From Lama guanicoe (Eukaryota): 64,000 bases of DNA. The position numbers were made by a program, and so were the translations under genes. This document shows, piece by piece, positions 39,843-52,450 of this stretch; positions within the stretch are counted from its first letter, which is position 1; each line of letters starts with the position of its first letter. The stretch is taken from contig MU054220.1 of assembly GCA_013239625.1 (NCBI GenBank), forward strand, positions 5,874,626 to 5,938,625, given 5' to 3'. The notes beneath the pieces were generated by a model, which was given only the letters and a program-made list of their open reading frames with translations, made no database searches and had not been told where the DNA came from.

Positions 39843-40217
39843 AAAAAAAATTATTGTTCTTAACTGAATCTTTAAAAACTTACCATGTATTTATGCTTCG
39901 TTTCTCCTCCTAAGTTGTAAATTCCTTAAACGGCTCAGCCTTGCCCAGGTCTTTTGTCCCAGCGTCTAGCACAGGACCTGACAAATAGCGGGCACTTAGA
40001 GTGTATTTGATTGGTTACCGTCTCCATGTTCTTATGATGCTCCTCTTGATTAGAAAAATAATTGCATGAATTGAAATGGTGATTTGGGGGTCATTTTACT
40101 AGGTTAAAAATAGAAACTTGAAAAGAAATGCCAGAGAACACGGAAGTGGGATTCAGAAAGCTCCATCTCAATGATTGATCATGTTGTGATTAATTTGACA
40201 GAAAAGGAATCACCTAG

Positions 40218-40333
40218 GAGGAGGAGGGGATAGCTCAGTGGTAGAGTGCTTGCCTGGCATGCATAAGGTCCTGGGTTCAATCCCCAGTACCTCCATCAAC
40301 ATAAACAAACAAACAAACCTAACCCCCCCCAAA
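40218..40333 (+). mobile_element. Camelid tRNA-derived SINE (Vic-1 type) with 16-bp TSD
   Basis: GGGGATAGCTCAGTGGTAGAGTGCTTGCCTGGCATGCATAAGGTCCTGGGTTCAATCCCCAGTACCTCC, (AAAC)n, C run and A tail. TSD AAAAGGAATCACCTAG (40202-40217) versus AAAAGGAATTACCCAG (40334-40349). Confidence 0.92.
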
Positions 40334-40699
40334 AAAAGGAATTACCCAGCTGATCTGCAGAATGTGGTGATACAGAGCATAAGAGCTGAATCTTGGTTTC
40401 TTCTCCTGTTCTGTACGGATGATAAAAATAGTGTTATTTTGAGGGAAAAGTAAGATAATCTCTGTGGAGTGCTCAATACACGTCAAGTACTATTATTTTT
40501 TGTGTTTGCCTTTCTCTTCAGCCTCTAGTTCCTCCATTCAAGGGCATGTATTCACCTAAATGTCCCTCTAGACATCTCTTGTGGTAGTGTTTTCTACCCA
40601 CTGAAGACCCCTTTACCACCCAGAGAGGGCCTTAAATATATGCTCTATAAGGAAGCAAGGCATAGAGATTGGCATATTCATATCTGAAACAGTGTAACT

Positions 40700-40926
40700 G
40701 GGAAGATGACATTTAATATGCTTCCAAAGCTACAGCCAGTGTCTGGAACATCCCAAGATGAGACGAAAAAGAAAGAGATGACTAGACATGGAGAGAAATT
40801 TGAAAAAAGAAAAAATTACTGCCCAGAGGTTCATATTCATGCAAAGTTTAAATCCTCTGGTCATCAACTTCGCAGAGGGATCCGAGTAAACATGCAGCAT
40901 ACTATTGGTATTTGCATTTTTATATG
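40700..40926 (+). mobile_element. Possible ancient non-autonomous Helitron/Helentron-type element fragment
   Basis: CATATTCATGCAAAGTTTAAATCCTCTGG motif followed about 60 bp later by TTTGCATTTTTATAT resembles the subterminal region of rolling-circle non-autonomous elements. Based on recall. Confidence 0.45.
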
Positions 40927-42637
40927 AACAATTGTTTAATGATGTCACAGAGAAATGTTAACTAATTTCATTTTTAATTAGTTTCAGGGTGTAGAAGAAT
41001 TAGAAGTGATTATATTTAGAACTTATTTAATTAAAATGGATAAACTGTATTTCAAGTGCACAGTATAGATAATCTCACTGAGTTCTACTCCTGGCTATAC
41101 TACTGATTTAATTAATAGGAAGCGTTGCAGCATACTAATGAGGAGGAGGTAGAAACCACTGCCTTCTCCCTCTATTGTGATTGCAAGCCATTCTGGGTTC
41201 TGGATACGTGGACAGTTGATACTGAAGGCAGGAAGTGTTTATTATTCAGTGCAGTATGCTGCAGTGACATTTCTTATCATTTCAGCATAACTGTGCCAGA
41301 GGGTCTGTAAATAGTATTTGCCAAAGGCAATTTCACACATTCATAATATTCTTTGATGTCTGGACGGGACCCAACTGACAGAGCCCCCGAGGCTATCTTT
41401 CTGCTTCTCCTGCAGGTGATAAACCAGTGTGGGGCTTTGCAGAAAAACAAAACAAGCTCAAGGAATTTCATTTAGTAATTTCTGAATTAGATTCACCTTA
41501 AGGAAGCCAATGCTTAGCAGATAGTGGCCATTTAATAGGTAGTTACTGAGTGAGGGGGAGGGCAACTCACATCAAGGTCGTGGAGAATAATCTCCATTAG
41601 GAACTTTACCATTGAGAAACGTTCTGGGCAGATGTGACTTTATGTTACTTCTGCTTACAAGAGAGGAGATGGGAAAATGAAACTCTCATTCTTGGGATTA
41701 TGAATAATATTTAATAAAGAATTAATATTTATTGAGCTCTGTCTATTCACTGGTTAAACAAAATTTTGTTCATTTAGTCACCCAATTATGGCAACAGACC
41801 TATGATGTAGATGAGAAAACTTAGTTACAGATAGATTAACCAAGAGCACACAGCTAGTAAGTGGTAGATCATTAAAAATATAAAACCCTGCATATATATC
41901 TGATCATTTACCAACATACTGTGTGTTCTGGTCCCAAGTTACCCTGTCTAACCTCTCTGACCCGTAAAATTACCCTGTACATTTTTTTCCTAAAATACAC
42001 AATTTTTGAAGTTGTTTTTTTTGTATTTGTGATTTTTATTTGTTTTTATATTCATATTTATTACTTGTCTCTGCCCAGTAGAATATAAATTTCAAGACAA
42101 CATGAATTTGTTTTATTCTTTGCTTTCTCCATAACATCAAGAATACTCCCTGAAGATGATTAGGCAGTCAGTAAATATTTATTAAACCCATTGATTAATG
42201 ACATGAAAGTCTCACAAAGTATTCTTGGAGGTAAGATGAGTGCCGTATCTTGTTCTTAAGATAAAAGAGTGACAGAGACACAAAATTTAATTCCCCAAAT
42301 AGTGTCAAAATCTGAAAACTACATTGTGCTCCAAATGAGGGCCAACATTTTTGTTTTCTTACTTTCTGAGCACTCTTGGGAGAAAAACTACCTTGCATAT
42401 AGGTTTTCGAACATCCAGACAATGTGGCTGGTGGTTAGGAAAAAAAAAAAAAAAGACACTTTAGTGGCAGTTGTGGGTTTGAGTCCCAGCCCCGTTACTT
42501 CTTTGTTCTCTAACTTTGGAAAAGTTACATTACTTTACATCCTTGAGTCCTAGTTTCTTTTTCTGTGGCATGAAATTTCAGAAATTCCACCTTTCTCATC
42601 TTGCCAACTCATCCAAGTAGACGGTGACTTACAGTCT

Positions 42638-43263
42638 TGATGCAGAAAAACAGATGTGGGGCGTGAGGAGGGTGATGTCCCAGGCTTCGGTTGAGCCCCT
42701 GGGACGTGCCCCACCAGGTGTGGGTCCTCGGCTTTGCACAGGAAAGAATTCACGAGCGAGCCACAGTTGAGTAAAGGTAGATTTATTCGGAGAGGTACAC
42801 TGAAAGGCAAGAGAAAGGCCATGAGGTGTGGAGGTTGGGTGCTCAGATTAAAAGTAGGTACACACTCCACAGACAGAGTGTGAGCCATCTCCAAAAGGGA
42901 GCGAGGGGCAGCCTTGAGTCACTGTGTTGCTAGTTTTTAATGGGCTTGGCGGCTTCATATGCTAATAAGTGGAAGGACCCGTCTAACTAGCCTGGGGAAG
43001 GGGCTGGGATTCCCAGGAAGTTGGCCATTTCCCACTCTGATCTTTTGTGGCTAAAGGCCTTGGGACTGCCATGGGCCTGTGGGTGTGTTATTTACCATGT
43101 TACTATATTACAATGGGCTATAATGAAGCTCAAGATCTACTAGAAGTTAAATCTCTCATCATCCTGAGCCTCGAGGCCTACTGGGGGTTGAATCTTGCAC
43201 AGTTTTGATGTTAACTGCTGTAGCATTCCTTGAATGGCTGTGCCCTGCCCCCTTCCTGTCTCA
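42638..43263 (-). mobile_element. Young solo ERV1-class LTR with perfect 4-bp TSD (GTCT)
   Basis: TGATGC...GTCTCA termini. GTCT at 42634-42637 and 43264-43267. Minus-strand AATAAA at 42782-42787. GC-rich with many CpGs retained. Confidence 0.88.
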
Positions 43264-44827
43264 GTCTCATCGTCTACAGTTTGTCTCTCCCTCCACCAGG
43301 TTAATTGTTTTTAAAGCCCCACTTTCATCATATGACATCCATACTGAGTTACATACTATGTTTTGAATAAACGTATTTTGAATTTTATTTTATGTTGCAT
43401 TTTATATTGAATAATAACCAGTCTCTTCAACCTGGCATTCAAGTCCTTCTGTCACCTGATACTCCTTTTATCTATTCAAATTTATCTCTCTCTGCTGCAA
43501 GACAGCAGAAGTAATAGTACGCAATAGCAAGCAAAAATGATAGTAAGCAATCCTTACTATTTCTCTTACATTTTTATGTTTGTTTCACTTTGTTTGTTAA
43601 GTTTTTGTTTCACTTTGTTTATTTGTTGGATCATCTGCAAAGACAGTTTGGCTCTGCTTTTAAAAATATATATGATTCTTACAAATGTATAATGTAGATG
43701 GTGATCAGCATTGTCTTAAAAATGGTAACTAGGGTTACATGGGAGGAAGAAGATTAAAACAAGAATTTCGGATGAATCGCACAGTTGCAATGAATGAAGT
43801 GGGGGCACATCACTAGGCCTTTTCTTATGCCAAAAACCCATCTCCAGCCTCTAAGGAGAGCAGATCCTGTCATTTATTTTTATCCAAGAAAAAGTAGGGA
43901 ACATATCAGAATTGACTAAGGATGCTGTATTATGTGCTTTTATAACCTCAACCCTGAACACTCAGAATGTCCTGAAATAGGGGGAGTGCCTCACCACCGT
44001 TACCTGAGACCTGAATACCTGGAGTTTGAAAATCTCCGGCAGCAAACATCATTACACACGTGCCCCCTCAGTGAAGTCAGCTGTGCCCAGTCTCTTGAGC
44101 AGCACCAAGGAACTGGCTCAGCTCTGCCAATACGAGCATCTGCCGGTGATGCCACTCTTTAGTTTTATAAACATTCAAAGATATATCCACTCGAATTGTT
44201 GAGTTCTTTAGCAAACATCTCTGTAAAGACAGACACCTTGGGTGGTGAGAACAAGCATTGCAACCACTTGAAAATAACAGCAGAGGGGTTTTTCTTCAAG
44301 TCTCCCTCCCCAATGAACATTAAGCCTCCTTTTCTTGAAAAGAAGGAACAAATCAAGCACTGAATTCTCATTTCTCAGCTTCACATTAGTGGCAGCGGCA
44401 GGTTGGAAAGTGTCTTTGGGGGCAGTTTGATGCTTGTTTCTCTTTCTGAGAAAAACTACATTAGACCAAAAAATGCCCCTGAGATTTAATTATCTTTGTA
44501 TATTATTTTTCTCTACAAAGACACTTACTTCTTTTATTGTGTTGCTCTGTTAAAAAAAATCTTTAGTAGATGTATTTTTTTTCTAATGGTAAAGGCAGTA
44601 TAACTTCAAAGATGGAATGCTGTGCCTTTCTTGTCTTTGACAAAAGGGGCTGAGTGCTTTGAATACTTTCAAGGTGACATAAATGTTTGGGGTCAAGATG
44701 GGGATGGAAAAGGTCTGAAATATGGAAATTGGGGTATCGCCCCTTCAGATGTCTCATACTTTTTGCCTTCGTCTTTAGATCTATTTTGATTGCTGGTAAC
44801 ACAAGCATTTAAGTTATTCAAAGGAGA

Positions 44828-44831
<4 letters not shown>

Positions 44832-44860
<29 letters not shown>
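44832..44860. repeat. Poly(T) 29
   Basis: Homopolymer seen directly. Confidence 0.98.
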
Positions 44861-44863
<3 letters not shown>

Positions 44864-46054
44864 GTTGTTATATAGAAGTCGTTTTCACAGGCCGAGTGGA
44901 TACGGATGTAAATGGGATTTAGGACTCAACTCAAGCCAAAGACTGTAAAATGAGAGGGAACCAAGGAAATTCTCCTCTCGGTTTTTCATCTCTGCTTCTC
45001 TTTGTGCATCTGTTGTTATTATTTTAGTTCTTTCCCCTTCCAGGTTCTCCAATGCACCTGGCGGCATATGGCCACCATCAAATGTGGCTAAGTTTATGAC
45101 GTCACCACTCAGCCAGATGGAGATGCTCATGTTCCCTCAACCTTAAATTTCCAGAGAAGACTTTTGATTAGTCTAGTCTGGAGTGCCCATTGTCTGTCTG
45201 TTTGCGAATTGTATCCAGGAGTCAGAGTCCAGCCAGGAAACTCATGGCTGTTTTTAATCACGTGGATAAGGAGAAGGGGAAAGGCAAAGAAAAATAATCA
45301 GGATAGTAACCTGAAAACTAGGGGTTGAGAAAGAAGGAAGACAGAGACAAAACAATAAGTATTCTTACAATAATATTACTACTCATTGTGGTTGGCAACT
45401 ATTTACCTGAAAATAAGAAAGAGGCTAGAGGGAATATTTTAGGCATAAGGCTAAGTGGTTCAATTTTGTATTTTGAGCAATGTGGTAGTCTATCAGAGGA
45501 AGCCTCTGAATACTTATTCAGGTGGTAATTAATGCATTCCACAATCTTTCCTGTTCATTCGTTCATTCATCCATGTATTCACAATGAAAGTCCTTTTGTT
45601 TGTTTATTGAAGGGACCCAGGGTTAGAACGAGATATAGGAGTATTTAGGGAGAGATGCCCCCAGAATAAATCTCAAGGATAGCGGATGGGTTGGACAGGG
45701 TATGGTAACTACTAACCACACACACACACACATACACAATTACAGTGGTTCAACACAAAAACTCTATCTGAGATGGCCAGGAGCCCTGTTTAGAATTTAG
45801 AGAGTCAGGCTCTTTCTAGCTAATGACTCTGCCACTCATTAGGCCCCCAGAATGTTCTACTGGCCCCTCTGCGTCCAGCCAGCTGATGAGTGTAGAGAGA
45901 ATGGGAAGAGCTCCTGGGAAGTTTTAAGGACCAGGCCTAGAAATGGCCTTCTTCTCCCCCTCCCACATTCCATTGCTCAGAACGCCCTGGTAGGCATCTG
46001 AGTCCCAGGAGGCCAGGGGAGGGGATCTGCCCACGCGCTCAGGAGGATGAAAGA

Positions 46055-46700
46055 CTAGCGTTGCGACATGCGCCCTGGGCCGGGCGTTTTAGACGGATAC
46101 TCTCGGTATTTCTTCCAGGTGCACTGCTCCCTGTGGGAAATGAAACTACAAGGCCGGGGTCCAAGGGTGCCTGGGGTGCTGGAATTCTCTGGAAAAAAAA
46201 AAAAAGTCCTTGTCATTATTTCCAGGGGCAGCTTGGTGCGCAGCCCTGGGTTCATCTTCCCAAAGGCCGATGGTGCCCCCTTAGGTGCATATCCTTAGGT
46301 CTCGGGGGAGCCGAGTGCCGGCCATTTGTGAAACATTCGGGTGAAACTTGCATGATGGGACCAGGTGTGCACGACGCCCCTCATGGAGTTCAGGTTGGCT
46401 GTGGGCAGAGGCCCCACCTGACAAGTCGGGGGAGGCCATGGTAGAGGGATGGGGGCCTGGGCACAGGTCTTCTCATGTGGCCAGGTTCCAGCATGGAGCT
46501 CTGAGGAGTCCAAGAACTCTAAATGCAAATCTGGCTTGTCACATTGTTATGGATGTATTTGATAATGTAGGAAGCTAGGATATATTTTGTTTAGCAGGTT
46601 GTCAGCTTAGTCTATTACCCTTAAACACTGAGATGTGTTGTATGTGGGTCTCCACCCGCACTCTTGCCCGGGGCCCTGAAAATATTAGGGATGCTCCTTG
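46055..46700 (-). mobile_element. MER115-like hAT-Tip100 non-autonomous DNA transposon, near full length
   Basis: Minus strand begins ...CCCTAATATTTTCAGGGCCCCGGGCAAGAGTGCGGGTGGAGACCCACATAC..., continues ...TTTAGAGTTCTTGGACTCCTCAGAGCTCC..., and ends ...TCTAAAACGCCCGGCCCAGGGC. This is collinear with the MER115 consensus as recalled. Confidence 0.8.
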
Positions 46701-46929
46701 TGTGAGCTCTTGCAGTCTCTGACACAAAGCACGACCAGGGTCATTTTATGCTCTGCCTTGCATGCTTCTAAAAGGAAAGGAAATTTTAAAATAGCTCACT
46801 TCTATTAGACAAAAATCAAAATTTAATTGCTGCATTTCACCAAGCTATATTCAATGGACCATTTCTGCTTCTATTACCCTAAGCACTAATAAACTCTAAA
46901 AAGCAGCTAATAAACATTCTGGTTCCATT

Positions 46930-47155
46930 TAATAATAGCTACCTTAAAAAAAAAACAAAACAAACTCTTATATATGCTGGATACTATGCTAAAAAATTAC
47001 ATGCATTATCTCACTGAATTCTAACAACTGCATTAACTGAGTAGTATTCCTGTTTGACAAATCAGGAAACATACGCTGAGGCAGGAAATAGCAGGTTTAG
47101 AACTCAGATTCAAGTTTACCAGAATTTTTCAGTCTTTCCAGCAATGGCACAGCAC
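46930..47155 (-). mobile_element. MIR SINE
   Basis: TATATGCTGGATACTATGCTAAAAAATTACATGCATTATCTCACTGAATTCTAACAAC...TTTGACAAATCAGGAAAC. Confidence 0.7.
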
Positions 47156-47869
47156 TGTCTTAGACTGGAACAGCTCTCAGATATCAGAAAATCCAGTGCC
47201 TTTTTCCCCTTTTTGATTCCTGTATGATCTCTTTCACAGTCCAGCCAGCTAGTTGATCTGTCTGCATATAGATACTTTCCAGTAACAAGTTTCTTAATAT
47301 GTTTAATAAACTAAGAACATTAGCATATGAAAGCAGCAATTTTAAACTTATAAATTGTGATGCCTTCATGTGTTTTTAGAGTAAGGAAAAATGGGTGACA
47401 TTACAGCCAGGGGACTAGGACTTGTATGTAAATCATTGGCCATCGTATTTGTATTATATGCTAAAAATTCAAATACTCCAGTGTTAGTGGGCCACCCACA
47501 TGAGTATTAATTTGGGAAAAATAACTGTATTTAAAATTTAAAGATCCAAATTTGTTGAGCTGTCTTTGTGTTTATTTTTCTTTTTGTTATCCAAATAGAG
47601 GGATTAGGGAGACACTTGAGTGGAATACGGAGATATTTTTTCTCACCTGTTGTCTCAATCCAGTCCTCCCTGGAGTGTGTGTGTGTGTGTGTTGTTACTA
47701 TAAGTAGTGTAATCCTCTAATTTATTATCCAGACGGAGACAATTTTGAGAATGAAACAAGATGCCATTTATAATCATGCACCAGCTAAACAGTCCCAGGA
47801 AAGTGGAGTCCATGTTCACCCCAGTCAAAAATAAATACAAACAGACCACAACACATATTTATCTGACAC

Positions 47870-48100
47870 GCCCCAAAGGGCAAAATGCAGGGACAGACAC
47901 AGATTAGTAGTTGCTAGAGGCTGAAGGTGAGGTGAAGAGGTGACAACAGAGGAGCCCAAGGGAATTGTTGGAGATGATGGAATTGTTCTGTCCTGTGATC
48001 ATGGTGGTGGCTACGTAACTGTATGCATTTGTCAGGGCACGTAGAACTGTGCACCAAAAAAGTAAATTTTACTCTGTAAATTATATTAAAATTTTTTTAA
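47870..48100 (+). mobile_element. LINE-1 3' end (L1MC/L1ME-like)
   Basis: CAGATTAGTAGTTGCTAGAGGCTG...GGAGATGATGGAATTGTTCTGT...GGTGGTGGCTACGTAACTGTATGCATTTGTCA...AGAACTGTGCACCAAAAAAGTAAATTTTACTCTGTAAATTATA. Confidence 0.85.
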
Positions 48101-48131
48101 ATAGCCTGATTAAGAGATCCCATAACTAGAA

Positions 48132-48899
48132 TGTCAGAAATCTGATAAAAGGAAGCATACACTCTCTCAGGAAGAAACACAACACCACAAAACAACTATT
48201 TGAGCCGCTTGGTGACAAAATTAAAGAATCCGCCCCACTCGGGAACCATTCAAAGGGAGGAATACCTGAGAAAGGAGTTTTCTTCCCCTGTTGCCACACA
48301 CCATATGGCAGCTCGGGGACATCATGGACTGCAGTGTCGGCATCGTACTGTGTGGGGGAAGGCAGAAAGGGAAGTGCTAACAAGAGATGCCTGGGTAGCT
48401 GGCAGGTGGCGGACCCTGGCCGGTGCAGAAGGGAAAACCCAGAAATAAACACTTGGGAGGGAAGCTCAGTGAACCTACTCTGACGTTGCGTTTCTGTCCC
48501 TGAGACACGTCCCGCGTGGGTATTTGGGGCTGGGGGTTGCTTTTATAGATGACTTAGTAGGGAGAGGTAGTTAAATATGAGCTCTTCATGTTAACATGAC
48601 TGCATTCGTAGCCGCAGCTTGGAGAGGCCAGCAAAACTCGAGTTACCTAAACTTCAGGTATGTTATGTGGGAGCGTCTCAGTTGCAGGACATCTTCCTAA
48701 CAACTCAGATCATTTCCGTATTGGCGATATCATTAGCATTCAATTTAAATAGCAATAAGCTCCCCAGATCCTCAAAAAAATGCTTGTGTATAATTAGCAT
48801 TAGTTCAATTGTGACCCACATTTTCTTTACCTTATATATTGTCCTATTTTTTCCACTTCAGAAGCACTATGTCATTAATTTTCGCAGAGTATCCTGACA
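48132..48899 (-). mobile_element. LTR-like element of unassigned family
   Basis: TGTCAG...CTGACA inverted termini 768 bp apart. Minus-strand TATA box CTATAAAA at 48541-48548, with an AT-richer U3-like side and a GC-rich R/U5-like side. No TSD and no clear minus-strand poly(A) signal. Confidence 0.5.
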
Positions 48900-49233
48900 T
48901 TTCTGAGGCCCATTCAAGCTCCAAAACTCAAGGATTCTACAGTTAAACATGTATTTAAAAGGCCGAGCCAACTTGCTGCCGTTACTGATGTTCATGGAAG
49001 ACAATGTACACATAGCAGTGAGAAGAGCTTCAAATTCTGGCCCTACACCTTACAATGGGAACTTGAGCACCGTTTCCACATGTGCTAAAGAAAGAGAAAA
49101 TTCACAGTACTTTCTTGTAGGTGCAGGGATGTTACAGAGATGAAATGTAGAGATAAAACAAGAAATCCAGTGTAAGTACTTAAACACCAGCATTAAGTAC
49201 ATAGCAAGCATTCAGTTGGTGTCAACAGCATGG

Positions 49234-49708
49234 TGTGAGGCCTGAAATAAAGATGCAATATTGTATGCTGCCCTGCCATCTGAAACCAGGAAAGACTCAA
49301 ATAGCCTACACACCTGCTCCACCCACCCCCAGTCTATTCCCACGAACAGGTCCCTGTCACTGGGACCAGGCAGAGTGCCTGCTTATCCCTGAGTGGCATG
49401 CTTTAGTTCTGTGCCACCTTCTAGAATTATTCAAACAAGCTGATCACGCACATCCTCTGGTGAGAACCCGGGATCACTACGCTCTCTTGTTCCTATGACG
49501 CTCACCTCCCTCCATGGCCTTTGCGAGTTCACTCTCTTCCCAGGCACAGCTCCCCATGTGTGCCCCACATGGTATGTGATGTCCTCCTGCCCTGGGCTGT
49601 GAGTATATGTGACATTACATGGTTGTCTGTCTCTTCTCGTTTCACCTTTTCAGCTTCAGGTGTTGGGTGTGGTCTTCCGTAAAAAGAGGATGAAGAGGAG
49701 ACCATCAG
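49234..49708 (+). mobile_element. ERVL LTR, LTR53-like (MER54/73/74/88 group)
   Basis: GGGACCAGGCAGAGTGCCTGCTTATCCCTGAGT, GAATTATTCAAACAAGC, TGTCCTCCTGCCCTGGGCTGTGAGTATATGTGAC blocks. Confidence 0.75.
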
Positions 49709-50914
49709 ATGAGCTGTTGCTAAAAATGATTAGTGGTAACATCAGCAGTACTAGGGAATGCCACTGCCACGCTCAACGTGAATACTCCAGATGCTTCACT
49801 GAGACAGACAAGTAACCACACAGACGGCAGCAGGAGACTGGTGAGGAGAACTTCCTGTGGGCATATGCTTCAGAACCTCACAATCCCAGGATTCTGATTT
49901 CCACCCAAGAGATGAACAGAACGTTGTGGTTTACACAGAACTGTCTACAGCATAGGAACAAATTAGCAGATTCACTGCAGGATATGTTAGTCATCCCCAG
50001 AAACTGTTCTGGGGAGCCTGACATAGCACTGCAGCCCCTCCTTAAATCTTGAGGACTTAGGGAATAGGTATGAAGATTTTGGTACGTATGTGTAGCCTAC
50101 TTGGGGATTTTTGCACCTCTGCTCCCTAAACTAAGCAGAGTGGTGACTGAAATGATCAGAGCTGAAGTCTGGAGAAGTGGGGGGATGGTTATGCCCTCAG
50201 TGACTGTCTACACAACCCAGATGTCCCCAGGGTACATCAGTTACGAGTGCTTAATGAAGTCATGTAACAACATGTGTAAATCACATCACACTAATGTGGC
50301 CCACCTTGAATTAACTCAAGTCTACGAAATCCCCAGTGAAGTGACTTGAGGATTCTCAGGGGTTCTTTTACATGATTTTATCCTTCTCTGGTATCATTTC
50401 ACGACTTTCCTTGGCCATTTAATATCTTATTGCGGCCACTGCTACTTCTGTCATCTTTTACTTCCTCCATGTACATTTCAAGGCTATTAACTGATATTCC
50501 CAACCCTTAATCGTATGGAGCTAATAGCCCTCCAGTCACTGCAGCCTTCCTCTGGTGAAGTCGTGCTCACTTCTGCAGAAAAACAAGACTTTTTCCTTCG
50601 TCTTCACTTTTTGTTTACGCCCATCATAAAACAACACCCTCAGCTTCTTTTTCGAGGCTCCTCTGACCACAGGCTCGGGCACCATCATGCTCTGCCCTTC
50701 TCTGTTTCTCCTTCTAGGAGAGAACTGACAGTCACTTTCTTCTCATGTTGACAGAAGTGTCCTAAGCAAACCACATTCTAAATACCTATCCATTCTTTTT
50801 ACTAGACGTACACCTATATGCCTAAAATTTTAGTCAATCTTAGGCCAGGATTCCTAATACTTAAGATCAGAGGCAGGGGTAGGCAGAGAGCTCTGGAACC
50901 AATGTGTTCTTTCA

Positions 50915-51070
50915 AATATTCATTCACTCATTCATTCACCCATTCATCCATTCATTGATTTCATCAGTAAACATAGATTAAGCCCTTTCTTTGTAAGAAG
51001 CTCTTTTTTAGGCACTGGAACATAGCGGTAAATAAAACATACCTGACACTTACCTTTCTGCAATTCACAG
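50915..51070 (-). mobile_element. LINE-2 3' end
   Basis: (CATT)n-like tail followed by TAGGCACTGGAACATAGCGGTAAATAAAACA. Confidence 0.75.
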
Positions 51071-51072
51071 CC

Positions 51073-51200
51073 CAGGGCTGTGATTCTCTGAATGGCTGCA
51101 TCAGGACCAAGAAAAGCATTTCTCAAAAATAATGGAATCCTGGACCCACATCTGACTGACTGAATCAAAATCTCTCTGGTGGGAGCAGGACAGGGTCTGG
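51073..51200. mobile_element. MER5-like hAT-Charlie fragment
   Basis: GAATCCTGGACCCACATCTGACTGACTGAATCAAAATCTCT resembles the MER5 core. Confidence 0.55.
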
Positions 51201-52069
51201 GAAGTTGGATTCCTTTACTGAAGAAAGAAGGCTAATTGGAAAGTATTAGAAGAATTAGAATAGTTATAGAGCTCTTGACCAGGAAAGCTGCGAAGGTAAG
51301 GTAAACCCAGAAATGAGTTGCTCAAAAAGGAGACTTGGGTCAGCCAAGGACGTGAGCCCCAGGGAGCTAATGAGTGGGGCAATTCAAAACTTTCCTAAAG
51401 CCACATCTGAGCTCTACCCTGATCTCAAAGTGGAGAAGCCTTGCAGAGGCTTGGAAATTTTGCTCCAATTACCTGGTGCCTACAGCCTAAGAGGAGGGCA
51501 TGAGGAAGATAACGAGGTCAGCTTGGTCAAAGCCCAGACTACCAGGCCATTGTCTGCTGCAGTGCCTGCCAGCTCCTCGAGGCTGGCTAGTCTGTGACCG
51601 TCCTGTCTAGGCCACGGGAGGGGATAGACGCCCGCAGGAATGTGCTCTAAGAGGCATCTGCCTCTCTCCTCACCAGCGTGAAGCCTTGGCTGCCTCTCAG
51701 GCAAGACACCTGACTGATTTTTCTATCACTCTTTAATAGTTAATCCCCGCCTTGTCAGTTAAAATATTTCAGCAACTCCCTTAGGCCAGATAAATCCAAG
51801 TAAGTTTAAATTAGATACCTCAGCAATATGAGTCACTGCAAAGAAACTTTCAGATACAGCAAGTCACACCATCTCCCTCATTATAGACGGAGGGTCTTGA
51901 ATGAAGCCCCATCATGGGGACTTCTTCATGGCCCTGGGGCAGAATGGGATACGTTTGTATTGCACCTCAGTCAGAATTTTTTTGCAACCCTTAGGAAGGA
52001 TACATTTTTACATTAACATGAAGCCTCAACATTTCTCAACAGAGCTGTAAAACTCAGCTTTTAGCAGAA

Positions 52070-52450
52070 TGCTGTTAGCAATGCAGAAATCTGATCGTGT
52101 CACCAGGCCGCTAAAACACTTTCAAGGGCTCTCACCACCTACTGAATTGTGTCCTACCTTCCCTTGCTAGACTGTAGCGTCTACGCTAGCTTAGTCAGGC
52201 ACTCCTTTGCCAGTCTCACCTCCACTTCACACCCAAGCCCTTTCACACTTCCAGCCAAACAGCTCCACACACTGATGGCCAGGCACGCTCTCCTGAATCC
52301 TCCTCCTCCGTGCTTGGGCGCAAGTCTGTATTTCTGTCAAGATTGCCTTCTGTTCTTGCAGTTCTGTTTACTCCTCCTTCAGACCCTTTTCAAATACCAC
52401 CTCCTCCATTATGTCTTTCCATACATGCATATGAATAAGACTACCTACAA
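52070..52450 (+). mobile_element. LINE-2 remnant
   Basis: AATCTGATCGTGTCACC...CTAAAACACTTTCAAGGGCTCTC...TCCTCCTTCAGACCCTTTTCAAATACCACCTCCTCC. Confidence 0.7.

Noticed and set aside
28783..40333. Three tRNA-like sequences with A and B boxes
   Set aside because: They have SINE tails, TSDs and degenerate stems, so they are tRNA-derived SINEs rather than functional tRNA genes.
46055..46578. Cluster of overlapping ORFs in a GC-rich patch resembling a CpG-island first exon
   Set aside because: Explained by a MER115-like DNA transposon; GC-rich sequence has few stops.
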